A DNA stretch of 63,945 bases, the filler included, from Candidatus Methanoxibalbensis ujae (GTDB taxonomy: Archaea; Halobacteriota; Syntropharchaeia; Alkanophagales; Methanospirareceae), in assembly GCA_026134085.1 (NCBI GenBank). It is 3 parts of 3 records of this genome, joined end to end, with 100 filler letters (N's around TTAATTAATTAA, not from the genome) between each part and the next. Parts side by side here need not be neighbours in the genome. Positions count along the whole stretch, not along the records: positions 24,651 to 48,533 come from JAOQIN010000027.1; 2 more parts are not named here. One strand, written 5' to 3'. Numbering within the stretch: position 1 is the stretch's first letter; the number at the start of each line of letters is the position of its first letter. The notes under the pieces are model-generated. The model ran no database searches. It was not told the DNA's origin and was given only the letters and a program-made list of their open reading frames with translations. Positions 31,302-41,880 of this stretch are shown here, piece by piece. The position numbers were made by a program, and so were the translations under genes.

Positions 31302-31688
31302 TCAGCTGCTCCTTATTTTCTTGCGCTCTATCTTGACACCCATCGGCACGATTATCACATAGTCATCGCCGATACCTGCGATATCACCGTTGATATCCAT
31401 TGCAGCCATTTTCAGATCTTTTATTGCTTTTTCAAGAACAACTTTATCATGTTTCGCCAGTGAGATGTCAAGAATAACCATGTTACCCTCATATATTTCC
31501 TTTCTCAGCTCAGGCACATCATACAATCCTGTCAATTCAGCGATCTTCACATACATTTTCACGCCTTCTTCCCTCAATTCCGCCTCATAATCCTCCAGTT
31601 CAAGGTTCACATAATCGTCATTGTTCACTGAGTTCTTCTTTCCCCTCTCAACTCTCAGGAATCCCTGCAACTTCTCCTTCAGACTCAT
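31302..31688 (-). CDS. sepF: Cell division protein SepF
   Basis: EIYEGNMVILDIS, GDIAGIG and IIVPMGVKIER motifs; conserved sepF-zpr1 order. Confidence 0.88.
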   Translation of the reverse strand: MSLKEKLQGFLRVERGKKNSVNNDDYVNLELEDYEAELREEGVKMYVKIAELTGLYDVPELRKEIYEGNMVILDISLAKHDKVVLEKAIKDLKMAAMDINGDIAGIGDDYVIIVPMGVKIERKKIRSS

Positions 31689-31788
31689 TTTATCCCTCCC
31701 CTCCCTTCTATTCAGGCATCATTTAATTAATTATTTCGTATGAGCAAATTCATTTTCAGATTCCCTGCGCGGCGTCACAACACGCGCT

Positions 31789-33051
31789 ATGAAACGCGCT
31801 ATGAAAAAAAGCCGGCAAATGAATGGTGGAAAGAAGAAAGTGAGCAGGCTCAAAGCGGCACGCACGGAGAGATGCAGCGGCTGCGGATTCTGTGGGAGTG
31901 TGTGCAACAGCGTTGGCATCTGCACGGGTTGCGGTGCGTGTGTCATCGCATGTCCGAATGAGGCGAGATATCTGGAGGAGCATGATATCGCTGTGAGGGA
32001 GGTTGAGATATGCGTTGACGGCGAGAGAATTGCCGTTCCTGAGCACATAACACTGTTGGATGCGCTTGAGATGGCGGGATTCCGCGTATTCTCATTCAAA
32101 AATGAGCTCAAGGAAAAGGAGATCATTGCTCCATGCAGGACAGGGGGCTGCTGGGCTTGTGCTGTCATCGTTGACGGCGAGCTTATGCCAAGCTGCATCA
32201 CTCCTGTGACAGAGGGGATGAATGTGATCACCTCCACAGATGAGCCTATGAGAACGGTGTCGGGATTTCAGGGACACCCGGTCGGCGGCGTTGGCACGCC
32301 CTATTGGGTGAAACCACGACTTGGCGCATACATGCCTGTTGAAGTCGCATGCTTCGCTCACGGCTGTAATCTGCGATGTCCCACATGCCAGAACTGGCGA
32401 ATCACATATTCATCACAGGAAACTCCTCTTACACCCATGGAGGCAGCGAGACTCATATCATACGAGCGCATCATAAACCGTGTTGACAGAATTGCGATAT
32501 CCGGCGGTGAATGCACACTAAACAGAAAATGGCTCATCTCATATATAAAATCGCTGAAACTCCTGAACACAGATGAGCGTGTGAGGATCCATGTTGACAC
32601 GAACACTACTTTCCTCACGCCAGATTACATTGATGAACTCGTGCATGCTGGCATGACGGATATCGGTGTTGATATAAAAGCCCGTCGTGTTGATACTTTT
32701 ATGCGAATTTCAGGATTGAATGACAGAGAAATCGCTGAAAAATTCCTGAAAAACGCTTGGAACGCACTTAAATATCTTGTCGACGAATATTCAGACAGAA
32801 TTTTCATAGGGGTGGGCATACCTTACAACAGCGCCTTGATATCCCGTGATGAGATCGCTGAGATGGGTGAGCGGATAGCAGCGATGTCTGATGAGGTGCA
32901 GGTGTGCGCACTTGATTACCGACCTGAATTCAGACGGATTGACATAAAAAAGCCAAATTACGAGGAGATGATGCGCATAAAGGAGATCCTCAATCAGTGC
33001 GGGTTGAAGTGCGTGATATGCCAGACTGAGTTCGGAAGAATAGGTCCCTGA
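31789..33051 (+). CDS. Radical SAM protein with N-terminal 4Fe-4S and 2Fe-2S ferredoxin-like domains
   Basis: CxxCxxCxxxC twice, CRTGGCWAC...SC, radical SAM CNLRCPTC and SGGEC. Confidence 0.9.
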   Translation: MKRAMKKSRQMNGGKKKVSRLKAARTERCSGCGFCGSVCNSVGICTGCGACVIACPNEARYLEEHDIAVREVEICVDGERIAVPEHITLLDALEMAGFRVFSFKNELKEKEIIAPCRTGGCWACAVIVDGELMPSCITPVTEGMNVITSTDEPMRTVSGFQGHPVGGVGTPYWVKPRLGAYMPVEVACFAHGCNLRCPTCQNWRITYSSQETPLTPMEAARLISYERIINRVDRIAISGGECTLNRKWLISYIKSLKLLNTDERVRIHVDTNTTFLTPDYIDELVHAGMTDIGVDIKARRVDTFMRISGLNDREIAEKFLKNAWNALKYLVDEYSDRIFIGVGIPYNSALISRDEIAEMGERIAAMSDEVQVCALDYRPEFRRIDIKKPNYEEMMRIKEILNQCGLKCVICQTEFGRIGP

Positions 33052-33281
33052 GCTGAGGTGATGTTGAAGCACGGATGCGGGTGTTGCTGGCAGGTGGCGA
33101 CGGAGGAAGTAGTTGCCGTTAAAAGCAGGTGGGAGAAAAGGAAAAAGCAAAGGCAAAGAGGAGGAGAGAGATGAGGCGTGGATGAGCGTGGATGAGCGTG
33201 GATGAGGAAGGAGGGTGTGTGATGGTGAGATGGTGAGTGTGATGGAGAGATGGAGAGCGAGATGGAGAGTGTGATGGAGAG

Positions 33282-34625
33282 ATGGTGAGATCCGCAGCGA
33301 AGAAGATAGAGCGTGTGAAGGGGACCAGGGATTTTCTGCCGAACGAGATGAGGAGGAGGCGTGAGATAGAGAGAATCATGCGAGATGTGGCGACGAGATG
33401 GGGATATGAGGAGGTTCAGACGCCCACATTTGAGCATGCTGAGCTTTTCATGCTGAAATCGGGGGAGGGCATTCTTGAGGAGATGTACGAGTTTTATGAC
33501 AGAGGAGGTCGTCACATAGCGCTTCGCCCCGAGCTCACGGCGCCTGTCATGCGAATGTTTGTGAACGAGTTGAAGATGGCGAGGAAGCCGCTCCGCCTTT
33601 TTTATTTTGGAAACTGCTTCAGATATGAGGAGCCTCAGCACGCTCGCTACAGGGAGTTCTGGCAGTTCGGCGCTGAGATCATAGGTGCGGACACTCCCGA
33701 GGCGCAGGCTGAGGTGATAGCACTCGCGCATGAGATGTTGAAGGAGCTTCGTATATCAGCATCAATTGAGATAGGGCATGTGGGCGTCCTCCGGGATATG
33801 CTGAAATGTATCTGCAGCGCATACGGAGTGTCATTGAGCGATGCTGAGGAAAACAGGGTGATGCGGCTGATTGACAAGGGTGCAAGAGAACAGATAGAAG
33901 ATTTCATGCGGCACAAGGGAATTCATGAGGATGCGCTCAACACTTTATTTCAGATGACTGAGCTCAGAGGGGCGAACGCACTTGATAACGCATATGAGCT
34001 GCTTGAAAGTCTGAAAAGCAATTCTGATGGGTTGCGTGAGCTGGAAGCATTATCAGATGTCCTTGCCGCTTATGAGGTGCCTTTCACACTCAATCTCGGA
34101 ATTGCGAGAGGTCTTGAATACTACACGGGCACAGTCTTTGAGATATATGCGTCGCAACTTGAAGCGCAGCGTCAGATATGCGGAGGGGGTTCCTATCGTA
34201 TCGCTCATATCTTCGGGGGTTATGATGTCCCATCAACCGGCTTCGCATTCGGATTTGACAGAATTGCTGAGATATTTGAGTATGATGCACCCCCGCAGCT
34301 CAAGGTGATTGTCATACCTGTGTATGCGAAAAACGCATCTCCAGAGCGGAGAAAGGAGCTGCTGAAAAAAGCCATCAGGATTGCATCACGCCTGAGAACG
34401 GATTTCATCACGATATCAGATGTTCTTGGAAGAAGTCTGAGCGCACAGCTCGCATATGCGGATGCAACGGGAGCAACATTCGCAGTGATCATAGGCGAGA
34501 ACGAGATGAAAGCCGGTGAGGGACATGTCACACTCAGAAACCTCATCACAGGCGAGCAGAAAACAGCTCACATAAATGAGTGCATCAGCATGATACATGC
34601 ATGGAGCTCAAACAAAAACAGATAG
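33282..34625 (+). CDS. hisS: Histidyl-tRNA synthetase
   Basis: KGTRDF, LRPELT, FRYEEPQ, REFWQ, ARGLEYYTG and GFGFDR-like motifs. Confidence 0.97.
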   Translation: MVRSAAKKIERVKGTRDFLPNEMRRRREIERIMRDVATRWGYEEVQTPTFEHAELFMLKSGEGILEEMYEFYDRGGRHIALRPELTAPVMRMFVNELKMARKPLRLFYFGNCFRYEEPQHARYREFWQFGAEIIGADTPEAQAEVIALAHEMLKELRISASIEIGHVGVLRDMLKCICSAYGVSLSDAEENRVMRLIDKGAREQIEDFMRHKGIHEDALNTLFQMTELRGANALDNAYELLESLKSNSDGLRELEALSDVLAAYEVPFTLNLGIARGLEYYTGTVFEIYASQLEAQRQICGGGSYRIAHIFGGYDVPSTGFAFGFDRIAEIFEYDAPPQLKVIVIPVYAKNASPERRKELLKKAIRIASRLRTDFITISDVLGRSLSAQLAYADATGATFAVIIGENEMKAGEGHVTLRNLITGEQKTAHINECISMIHAWSSNKNR

Positions 34626-34641
34626 TGCTGAGCATGAAGAA

Positions 34642-36288
34642 ATGTGCGGCATAGTGGGGATTGCACTTGAGGATGGTGAATCCGTCTCTCTTCCCATATA
34701 TTACGCACTTTATTCCCTGCAGCACCGCGGTCAGGAATCCGCAGGTATATCCGTTGTGAGCAGCAGGATGGCTGACAGATACAAACATGACAACAACATC
34801 CGTCATGGCGGCAAGCGTGTTCATCACGGCATACACAGCATACACAGCATACACAGACACAGCATAACAGCTCTCCCCATCAGAAAGGGCGTGGTGCGTG
34901 AAATTGTGAAGAATGCGTTTTCGGTCAAAGCAGGCACAGCGGATATCCAGACAATGCGGGGCATGGGTCTTGTCAGCGAGGTGTTCAACAGCGAGAACCT
35001 TGTGAAACTGAAAGGAAATATTGGCATAGGTCATGTCAGATATTCAACAACAGGCGCGTCCACAATTGAAAATGCCGAGCCGCTTGTCGTTGATTTCCGT
35101 GGCGGAAAGATCGCAATAGCGCATAACGGAAATCTCGTGAACGCACTGCAACTGCGTGAGACTCTCAAAAAAGAAGGCAGGATATTCAGTTCTGACACAG
35201 ACACGGAGGTCATTGCTCACCTGCTCGTGAAGGGACTCATGCGAAACGATCTGATGAGCGCGCTGGAATATGTCATGCGAACAGTTGTCGGCTCTTATTC
35301 TCTCACAATACTGCTGAACGATATTCTCATCGCACTCAGAGACCCTTTCGGATTCAGACCGCTTTGCGTGGGCATCCTGAATGACGGCGGGGAGCTCTGC
35401 GCTGACATCGGCACAGACATCGGCAACAGTGTCGGCGAATCAGCCTGCGGCATTATATTTGCATCAGAAAGCACCGCACTTGACACGCTCGGCGCAAAGC
35501 ATGTGAGGGATGTGCAGCCGGGTGAGGCGTTCATACTGCGCGACGGAGAGTGCGAATGCATTCAGCTGTGCAGAGCAGCGAAAATTGCACATTGCGTTTT
35601 TGAATACATATATTTCGCGAGACCTGATAGCGTGATAGATGGAAGACTGGTGTATGATGTGAGGATGAAAATAGGCGAAAGACTCGCCGAGGAACATCCT
35701 GTGGATGCAGATATTGTGTCACCCGTTCCAGATTCTGGCATCACATTTGCTTTAGGTTATGCAAAACGTTCTTCTATTGAATATCTTGATGCATTTATAA
35801 AGAACAGATATGTGGGTCGCACATTTATAATGCCTTCTCAAAGGACTCGTAATATAGCAGTTCGCCTGAAATTGAATATTGTTCGCGAGAATGTCCGCTC
35901 AAAAAGGATTGTGCTCGTTGATGACAGCATAGTGAGAGGCACAACCTCAAAGCGCATAATTGCACGCCTGCGCAGGGAGGGAGCAAAGGAGGTGCATCTC
36001 CGCATAGGCTCGCCGCCCATCATCGCACCTTGCTACTTCGGCATAGACACGCCCACAAAAGAGGAGCTTATCGCATCCAGGCACAGTGTTGAGGAAATCC
36101 GTGAGATTCTCGGCGTTGATTCAATAGGCTACCTCAGCATTGAGGGTCTTATAGATGCAATAGGCATACCATATTCCGATCTCTGTCTCGGATGTCTTAC
36201 CGGAGAATATCCTGTTGAGATTGATGAACATGATGAAACAAAAAGAAAGCAGCTTAGACTCTCCGAATTCTCCGCCGCGACAAGATAG
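34642..36288 (+). CDS. purF: Amidophosphoribosyltransferase with a His-rich insertion
   Basis: MCGIVG, LQHRGQE, GHVRYST, HNGN, CVFEYIYFARPDS and VDDSIVRGTT motifs. Confidence 0.97.
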   Translation: MCGIVGIALEDGESVSLPIYYALYSLQHRGQESAGISVVSSRMADRYKHDNNIRHGGKRVHHGIHSIHSIHRHSITALPIRKGVVREIVKNAFSVKAGTADIQTMRGMGLVSEVFNSENLVKLKGNIGIGHVRYSTTGASTIENAEPLVVDFRGGKIAIAHNGNLVNALQLRETLKKEGRIFSSDTDTEVIAHLLVKGLMRNDLMSALEYVMRTVVGSYSLTILLNDILIALRDPFGFRPLCVGILNDGGELCADIGTDIGNSVGESACGIIFASESTALDTLGAKHVRDVQPGEAFILRDGECECIQLCRAAKIAHCVFEYIYFARPDSVIDGRLVYDVRMKIGERLAEEHPVDADIVSPVPDSGITFALGYAKRSSIEYLDAFIKNRYVGRTFIMPSQRTRNIAVRLKLNIVRENVRSKRIVLVDDSIVRGTTSKRIIARLRREGAKEVHLRIGSPPIIAPCYFGIDTPTKEELIASRHSVEEIREILGVDSIGYLSIEGLIDAIGIPYSDLCLGCLTGEYPVEIDEHDETKRKQLRLSEFSAATR

Positions 36289-36403
36289 CTTTATGGAAGG
36301 CTGGTTTGAGGATGAGATTCGGTCTGGCAGGGTCGGTCTGAAGGGAGCAGGGTCAGTCTGAAGGGAGCAGGTGGAGAGATGAGACAGGTGGAGAGGTGAA
36401 GAG

Positions 36404-37321
36404 ATGAGAGAAAGAGAAAAAAAAAGAAACGAGAGGGATTATGAGATAAAGGAGCGAGTGAAGGAAGCGACTGTGGAAATACTGAGGAAAGCGGAGACTG
36501 AGCTGCCTGCGGATGTAGTGCGTGCGCTTGAGCGTGCATATGAAGATGAGACGAGTGAAATAGCGAGGACTCAGCTCAGAGCGATGATAGAGAATGTGAA
36601 GCTCGCAGCGAAATTGAAGCGTCCTATATGTCAGGACACGGGAATCCCGATATTTTTTGTGAGAATAAGCGCATCATCTTCACTTCCTCTGAGCACACTC
36701 AGGCTCATAGAATCTGGAATTCGTGATGGCGTCGAAGAAGCCACGACGATTATACCTCTGCGGGGGAACATAGTGCATCCATTCACAAGGTTGCCGAGAG
36801 GCATGAAGGAGAGCAATGTCGGGAAAGGGGTTCCGCACATCCATTTCATCATTTCTGAGCATGTGGAGGCTGACATTGAGATCACAGTCATTCCCAAGGG
36901 TGGAGGCTCGGAGAATGTCAGCACGCTCACTATACTTCAGCCTTTCAAAGGGGAGCAGGCTTTTTCAGCATTGAGGGATTTGGTTGTTGAATCTGTCCTG
37001 AATGCGGGCGGGAAGCCCTGTCCACCAACTGTAATAGGCGTAGGCGCGGGCGGTTCTGCGGATGTGGCGATGATGCTCGCGAAGACCGCACTGTTGAGAC
37101 CGGTGGGAGAGAGAAACACTGAGGAAAACATCGCAGCCTCTGAAATTGAAATACTTGAAGCTGTGAATTGCACGGGCATAGGTCCAATGGGTCTTGGAGG
37201 TCGCACAACTGCGCTGGATGTGCACATAGAGGTTGCAGATTGCCACATCACAGGCCTCCCGGTTGCCATCAATTTTCAGTGCTGGGCTGCACGAAGAGCA
37301 TCTGCATCGCTTAAACTGTGA
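36404..37321 (+). CDS. Fe-S hydro-lyase alpha subunit (fumarate hydratase/tartrate dehydratase)
   Basis: PICQDTG, KGGGSEN, CPP, GIGPMGLGG and CWAAR motifs. Confidence 0.93.
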   Translation: MREREKKRNERDYEIKERVKEATVEILRKAETELPADVVRALERAYEDETSEIARTQLRAMIENVKLAAKLKRPICQDTGIPIFFVRISASSSLPLSTLRLIESGIRDGVEEATTIIPLRGNIVHPFTRLPRGMKESNVGKGVPHIHFIISEHVEADIEITVIPKGGGSENVSTLTILQPFKGEQAFSALRDLVVESVLNAGGKPCPPTVIGVGAGGSADVAMMLAKTALLRPVGERNTEENIAASEIEILEAVNCTGIGPMGLGGRTTALDVHIEVADCHITGLPVAINFQCWAARRASASLKL

Positions 37322-37366
37322 ACATTCTCCCTGCCATTTCCCGATATGCTGTTATACGATATGCTG

Positions 37367-37714
37367 TTATAAGAGTTTCAATTTTCCCGTGACTTTATCT
37401 ATTTCATCCTCAGGCGCAGGACCTATGCCAAGTGCTGTGATGGTGCCTTCCGGTATTTCAGTGAGACCTGCATCCCGAACGATAGCATGAGGAAGACCCA
37501 AACGCCGCGCATCCTCAGCAAGTCTCAGAAGCTCATCAAGCGTCTCCACCTTAAGCACAACCTTCTTCTGACCCTGCTGCTTCCACTGCTCCCGCACATC
37601 CTCCGAAGCGCATTCATAACTCATCAAACTCGCATGCGCAACTTGAACCGCAAGCTTCCCTTTTGAAAGCCCCAAATCCTCACAAACAACAATGCACTGC
37701 TTCATCCGAACCAT
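37367..37714 (-). CDS. pth2: Peptidyl-tRNA hydrolase Pth2
   Basis: SKGKLAVQVAHA, GQKKVVLK, DAGLTE and GIGP motifs. Confidence 0.95.
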   Translation of the reverse strand: MVRMKQCIVVCEDLGLSKGKLAVQVAHASLMSYECASEDVREQWKQQGQKKVVLKVETLDELLRLAEDARRLGLPHAIVRDAGLTEIPEGTITALGIGPAPEDEIDKVTGKLKLL

Positions 37715-37975
37715 TCCTCTCCTTTTGTCAATTAACAAAATAAATATTGAACATTATTATCAATTATAATCAATAAAAACAGCAAAAAGTTCAATTTTTC
37801 AAACAAAAAAGTGAAAATATGATGTCTGTGCTTGAGGTATGATGCCTGTGCTTGAGGTCTCCGGTTGCTCTGAGGATGTGGTCATTGTGGTGTCGTGAAA
37901 TAAGACAACAATCAGATGCCGTTTTCCCCTGATATCAACTGTCTGACGCATGCCCTGTGAGCGGTGTAGTGTCGT

Positions 37976-38359
37976 TCACGCCACAATGAGCTTCACATAA
38001 TCCATCTTTCCGCAGGTTTGGAAAAGATGCACCATCTCTTTTATCCGCTCAGCATCACCTTCCAATATGAATATCTCAAGGCATTTGCCTTCACGAATGT
38101 GTGAATGTATCTGCGTGTTTGTGATGTCTTCAAAGCGATGTTTGAGGTCTGTCACAATATCTTCAACATTTTGCGTGTGAATTAGCATGAGTATGGCGTT
38201 TATCCTGCCCTCAAGATGTGCCTTCTCCCTCCTGTCTGCGATTAACATTCTGGCACCTGCACGCAAAAGCTCCGAACGTGCGGAAAAGCCAAGCTCATTC
38301 TTCAGCCTATCTATCTCCCTCAACATATCATCACTCATTGATATGCTGATTATCGCCAT
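37976..38359 (-). CDS. NikR/CopG-family metal-responsive regulator
   Basis: RHH N-terminus ISISM...RSELLR; metal ligands LKH, HSH and CLE. Confidence 0.88.
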   Translation of the reverse strand: MAIISISMSDDMLREIDRLKNELGFSARSELLRAGARMLIADRREKAHLEGRINAILMLIHTQNVEDIVTDLKHRFEDITNTQIHSHIREGKCLEIFILEGDAERIKEMVHLFQTCGKMDYVKLIVA

Positions 38360-38685
38360 ACAAATATGATTTTGATTTTTCATCCCATTATAATTATATA
38401 TTATCAGCAAATGGTCGCATCATATGCATGTGTCCGCTGCGATTCCAGTGCAGGTTTAAGCGCTTCTTCAATTCAGGCACTTCTTCAATTCAGCGCATGG
38501 AGCGTCAGAGAACGGAATTGAGTAACTGATTGCATGACAGAAAATGAGGTGGAGATGGGGAGGAGATGCAGCGAGATGCCTATGAGAGCGGAAATGCATA
38601 ATGCATGAGAGCAGGAAAAAAACAAAAATCAAAAATAAAAAATAGAAAAAACAAAAATAAAAACAAAAATAAAGGGAGAGAACAT

Positions 38686-41652
38686 CTACGATCTTCTGCG
38701 GCTTATCAGAGCGATCAGAGCGAGTGCGGCGAGAATCACTGACATCATGACAATTCCGACCGGCGAAAGCACAGGCACTCTCTCATGCGTCTCGTAGCGA
38801 ATGAGTGCGTTGTCCTTCACAGGCCCAACATCTCCCCAATCACTTGACGCATTCACGATTGCGTGGTTCTCATACACCTTTCCCGGCTCTGCATCGCTGT
38901 TTACTGTTGCGTTGAATGTGATTTTGAAGCTGTCTCCCGGTTTCAGCAGTGACGGGAGATTGCTGCTCCACACTATTTCTGTTGTGCCATCCGGTTTAAA
39001 TGTCACGCTGTCCTCCTTGGGAACGGCATCGTCCGCCCAGCTCAATCCATTCGGAAGCACATCAGTCACCACGATATCTGTGAGGTTCACGGGACCATTG
39101 TTTGTGATTATGAGAGTGAATGTCACAGTTTCGTTGGGCGCTACAATGACATGTTTTCCGCCCGCCACCAGCTTTATCAACTCTATGCTCGGCGCAGTCT
39201 TCACAGCGAAATTATGCGTGTGCGTGCCGCCGCCAGGCACAAAGAACTCCTTTGATTTTGTGATATCCACACTTCCTTCCGGAGAATCATCATCGCATTT
39301 CGGACTCAGATAGCCTGGGAGGTCCTCAACATCGTATGACACCCAGTAATAGCCCTCAGGAACATCCGTGAATTTGTAGTAGCCTTTTTCATCTGTCTTT
39401 GTTGTCTTCACCTCGGAAGTGCCGTTGAACAGAGTCACATCAATATCTGAAACACCGGGCTCATCATCATATCTGCAGTTGCAGTTCCTGTCCTCATACA
39501 CATATCCGTCCACGGTGCCAAGCAGTATAACGCGGACGGATGCATTGTCATCATCGCTGACATTGCCCCAATCGCTCTCTCCCGTCACATTTGCTGTGTT
39601 GACGAGCGTGCCACTCGCATCCTGAGCGACTTCAGCGAGGAATCTTATGACAAACGACTCGCCGGGCTGCAACACCTCTGAACTCCATGTGACTTTTTTA
39701 CCAACGACACTGTCCTCCCCGGGAACAGCACTGTCAGCCCATGAAAGACCGCTCGGCAGTTCATCCACAACAACCAGATCTGTGATGTTCACCCTTCCCG
39801 TGTTTGTGATGTTCAATGTGATCTCAACGATCTCTCCTCTCTGCGCACTATGCATCTTCGTGCCGTTGATGAGTTTGACAATATCTATGTCAGCACTTGA
39901 ATTCACGCTGAAATTGTGCAGAGCTGTATCTCCCTCCTCCACTGTAACAGTGCCCTCGGTTGCGTCACCGCCGTCATCATCGCACTTCGGATCAAGATGC
40001 GCTGGAAGCTCGCTGCGATCGTATCTCACAACATAAGTGCCCGCGCTCAGATTCGTGAAAATGTAGAATCCGTCGCCGTTTGTTTTCGTCTCATTCAGCA
40101 GCTCACCCGTGTATCTGTACAATCCCACTGTGACACCTTCAACACCTGGCTCATCATCATATCTGCAGTTGCAGTTCCTGTCCTCATACACATATCCAGC
40201 GACATTTGCAGGTTTGAATCGCTTTATAGGCAATACCGTGTATCCGAAATCTTTGTCCGGAGGGCAACAATCACCAGAGCATAACCCGCGCTCTCCTGGC
40301 GTGTCCTCATTGTTGTCCTGACCCCACTGTATCGCGAATTTCTTCCCGTCATCAGTCCATATGCGTGCGCCTGTCAGGCTGTAGGATTCTGACGCTCGTG
40401 GATATATGATATAAAGCTGAAGACGATTGAGTGTGAAATCAAGATCGGACACACCATCAAGATCAAAGTCCACATGGAACTGCGTGTTGTCTTCAACAGG
40501 CGTCACATACACAGGATTTGCGGGAGACCACGGAATGTAATACTCATCATCAAGCCAGCTCACATTCAACGCCTGAAATCCCCAATCGTAGTTTCCGTCG
40601 TATTCATCACATACACCAACCACCCATATTTTTCCCGTTGCATTAACATGTGTTGCATTTCCGGGCAGTATCAATGTGCTTGATGTCTTCTTGTAAACAC
40701 CTGTCACATTGGGCATGAAATAATCGGAATATACCTCTCCTTCTCCCAGATTAACAGTATGAGTGTATCCGGTGCCATCTTCAATATACACTGTGCAGTT
40801 CTCAACCGCATATATCCACAATCTCGTCTGTGGCGGCGTGTATCCCTCAGGTGCTCTGGGGTTTTCCGTATGATATTCGCTGAAGCTTGGCACAGGTATG
40901 TAGTAATCATTTCCCAACATGTCCTCAGGTGTCAGCGCATAATAGCGAATCCCATACCAGGTGAGGCGATTGTCTGTATCATTGCTCGTTATCAGTCCCG
41001 CCTGTATTTTTTTGTCCGCATTTATCACAGTTCCTCGCGTTGCATTTGGGAAATGATGATCTTCTCCCTCATCAAGCGTCACTGAAACCTCAGTTCCGTT
41101 GGGATATGTCACCGTGACATGAGTGTCATTTTCGGCTGCCTGCACAATCAGCTCGGTGAATCGCTGCGTTATCGGCACCGAATATCTCTTGTTCCACATG
41201 TTCACCGGGAACAGCTCCCATGTGCCCGCCGAGAATGTTCCCGGATCATCTCTCCATGCAGTCCTTATCACTGATATCGCGCCATCAGCCACAATCCTAT
41301 CGCCACCGAGGTCATCTCTCTGAAATGTGATGATATCTCCACGATCAAGTGTCGTTTCGTTCCAGAGGGCATATCCCATTTCATCCTTATACACAGAGAT
41401 CTTCGTGTTGTTCTCCCACGCGACAATTGAAACGGCTCCATGCATCGCCCCACTGCTCCAATAAGGAGGTTTGCCGCTTCCATTGTATAGGTCTATTGTC
41501 GCATATGCGTCAAGCAACGCTCCACTCTCATTCCCCAAAACATAATACTCCTGCAGCCCCTCCACAACAATCTCCGCGGAGGTTGATGGAGCAAGCGAAA
41601 CGAGCGAAATGATTGCGATGATGATCGTCATCAAAACCATCTCCTTTTCCAT
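38686..41652 (-). CDS. Large surface adhesin-like protein: IgGFc-binding-like N-domain, 2x (SdrD-B + DUF11), VPXXXP-CTERM
   Basis: Signal peptide; GYVYEDRNCNCRYDDEPGV twice; DUF11 ITNTG.VN.TD.VV.D.LP; C-terminal VPVLSP, TM helix and RRR. Confidence 0.85.
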   Translation of the reverse strand: MEKEMVLMTIIIAIISLVSLAPSTSAEIVVEGLQEYYVLGNESGALLDAYATIDLYNGSGKPPYWSSGAMHGAVSIVAWENNTKISVYKDEMGYALWNETTLDRGDIITFQRDDLGGDRIVADGAISVIRTAWRDDPGTFSAGTWELFPVNMWNKRYSVPITQRFTELIVQAAENDTHVTVTYPNGTEVSVTLDEGEDHHFPNATRGTVINADKKIQAGLITSNDTDNRLTWYGIRYYALTPEDMLGNDYYIPVPSFSEYHTENPRAPEGYTPPQTRLWIYAVENCTVYIEDGTGYTHTVNLGEGEVYSDYFMPNVTGVYKKTSSTLILPGNATHVNATGKIWVVGVCDEYDGNYDWGFQALNVSWLDDEYYIPWSPANPVYVTPVEDNTQFHVDFDLDGVSDLDFTLNRLQLYIIYPRASESYSLTGARIWTDDGKKFAIQWGQDNNEDTPGERGLCSGDCCPPDKDFGYTVLPIKRFKPANVAGYVYEDRNCNCRYDDEPGVEGVTVGLYRYTGELLNETKTNGDGFYIFTNLSAGTYVVRYDRSELPAHLDPKCDDDGGDATEGTVTVEEGDTALHNFSVNSSADIDIVKLINGTKMHSAQRGEIVEITLNITNTGRVNITDLVVVDELPSGLSWADSAVPGEDSVVGKKVTWSSEVLQPGESFVIRFLAEVAQDASGTLVNTANVTGESDWGNVSDDDNASVRVILLGTVDGYVYEDRNCNCRYDDEPGVSDIDVTLFNGTSEVKTTKTDEKGYYKFTDVPEGYYWVSYDVEDLPGYLSPKCDDDSPEGSVDITKSKEFFVPGGGTHTHNFAVKTAPSIELIKLVAGGKHVIVAPNETVTFTLIITNNGPVNLTDIVVTDVLPNGLSWADDAVPKEDSVTFKPDGTTEIVWSSNLPSLLKPGDSFKITFNATVNSDAEPGKVYENHAIVNASSDWGDVGPVKDNALIRYETHERVPVLSPVGIVMMSVILAALALIALISRRRS

Positions 41653-41880
41653 TCTATCACCTCCATGTAACTGTAATCTTTCAGTCTTAATATAAATTAC
41701 TTTTCATCATTGTTCATGACGTTCTTTCAATTTGCTAAAATTGTTTTTTTATAATTTTTTTAAATTATCTCCTATAAAACTTAGTTATAAAAAATAAATG
41801 AATAAAAATTAATTTTGTGTCATTTTGACTTGATTTTTACAGTCGTTTACAGGCTTTCAGATTGTTCCACTTCATTTCTT

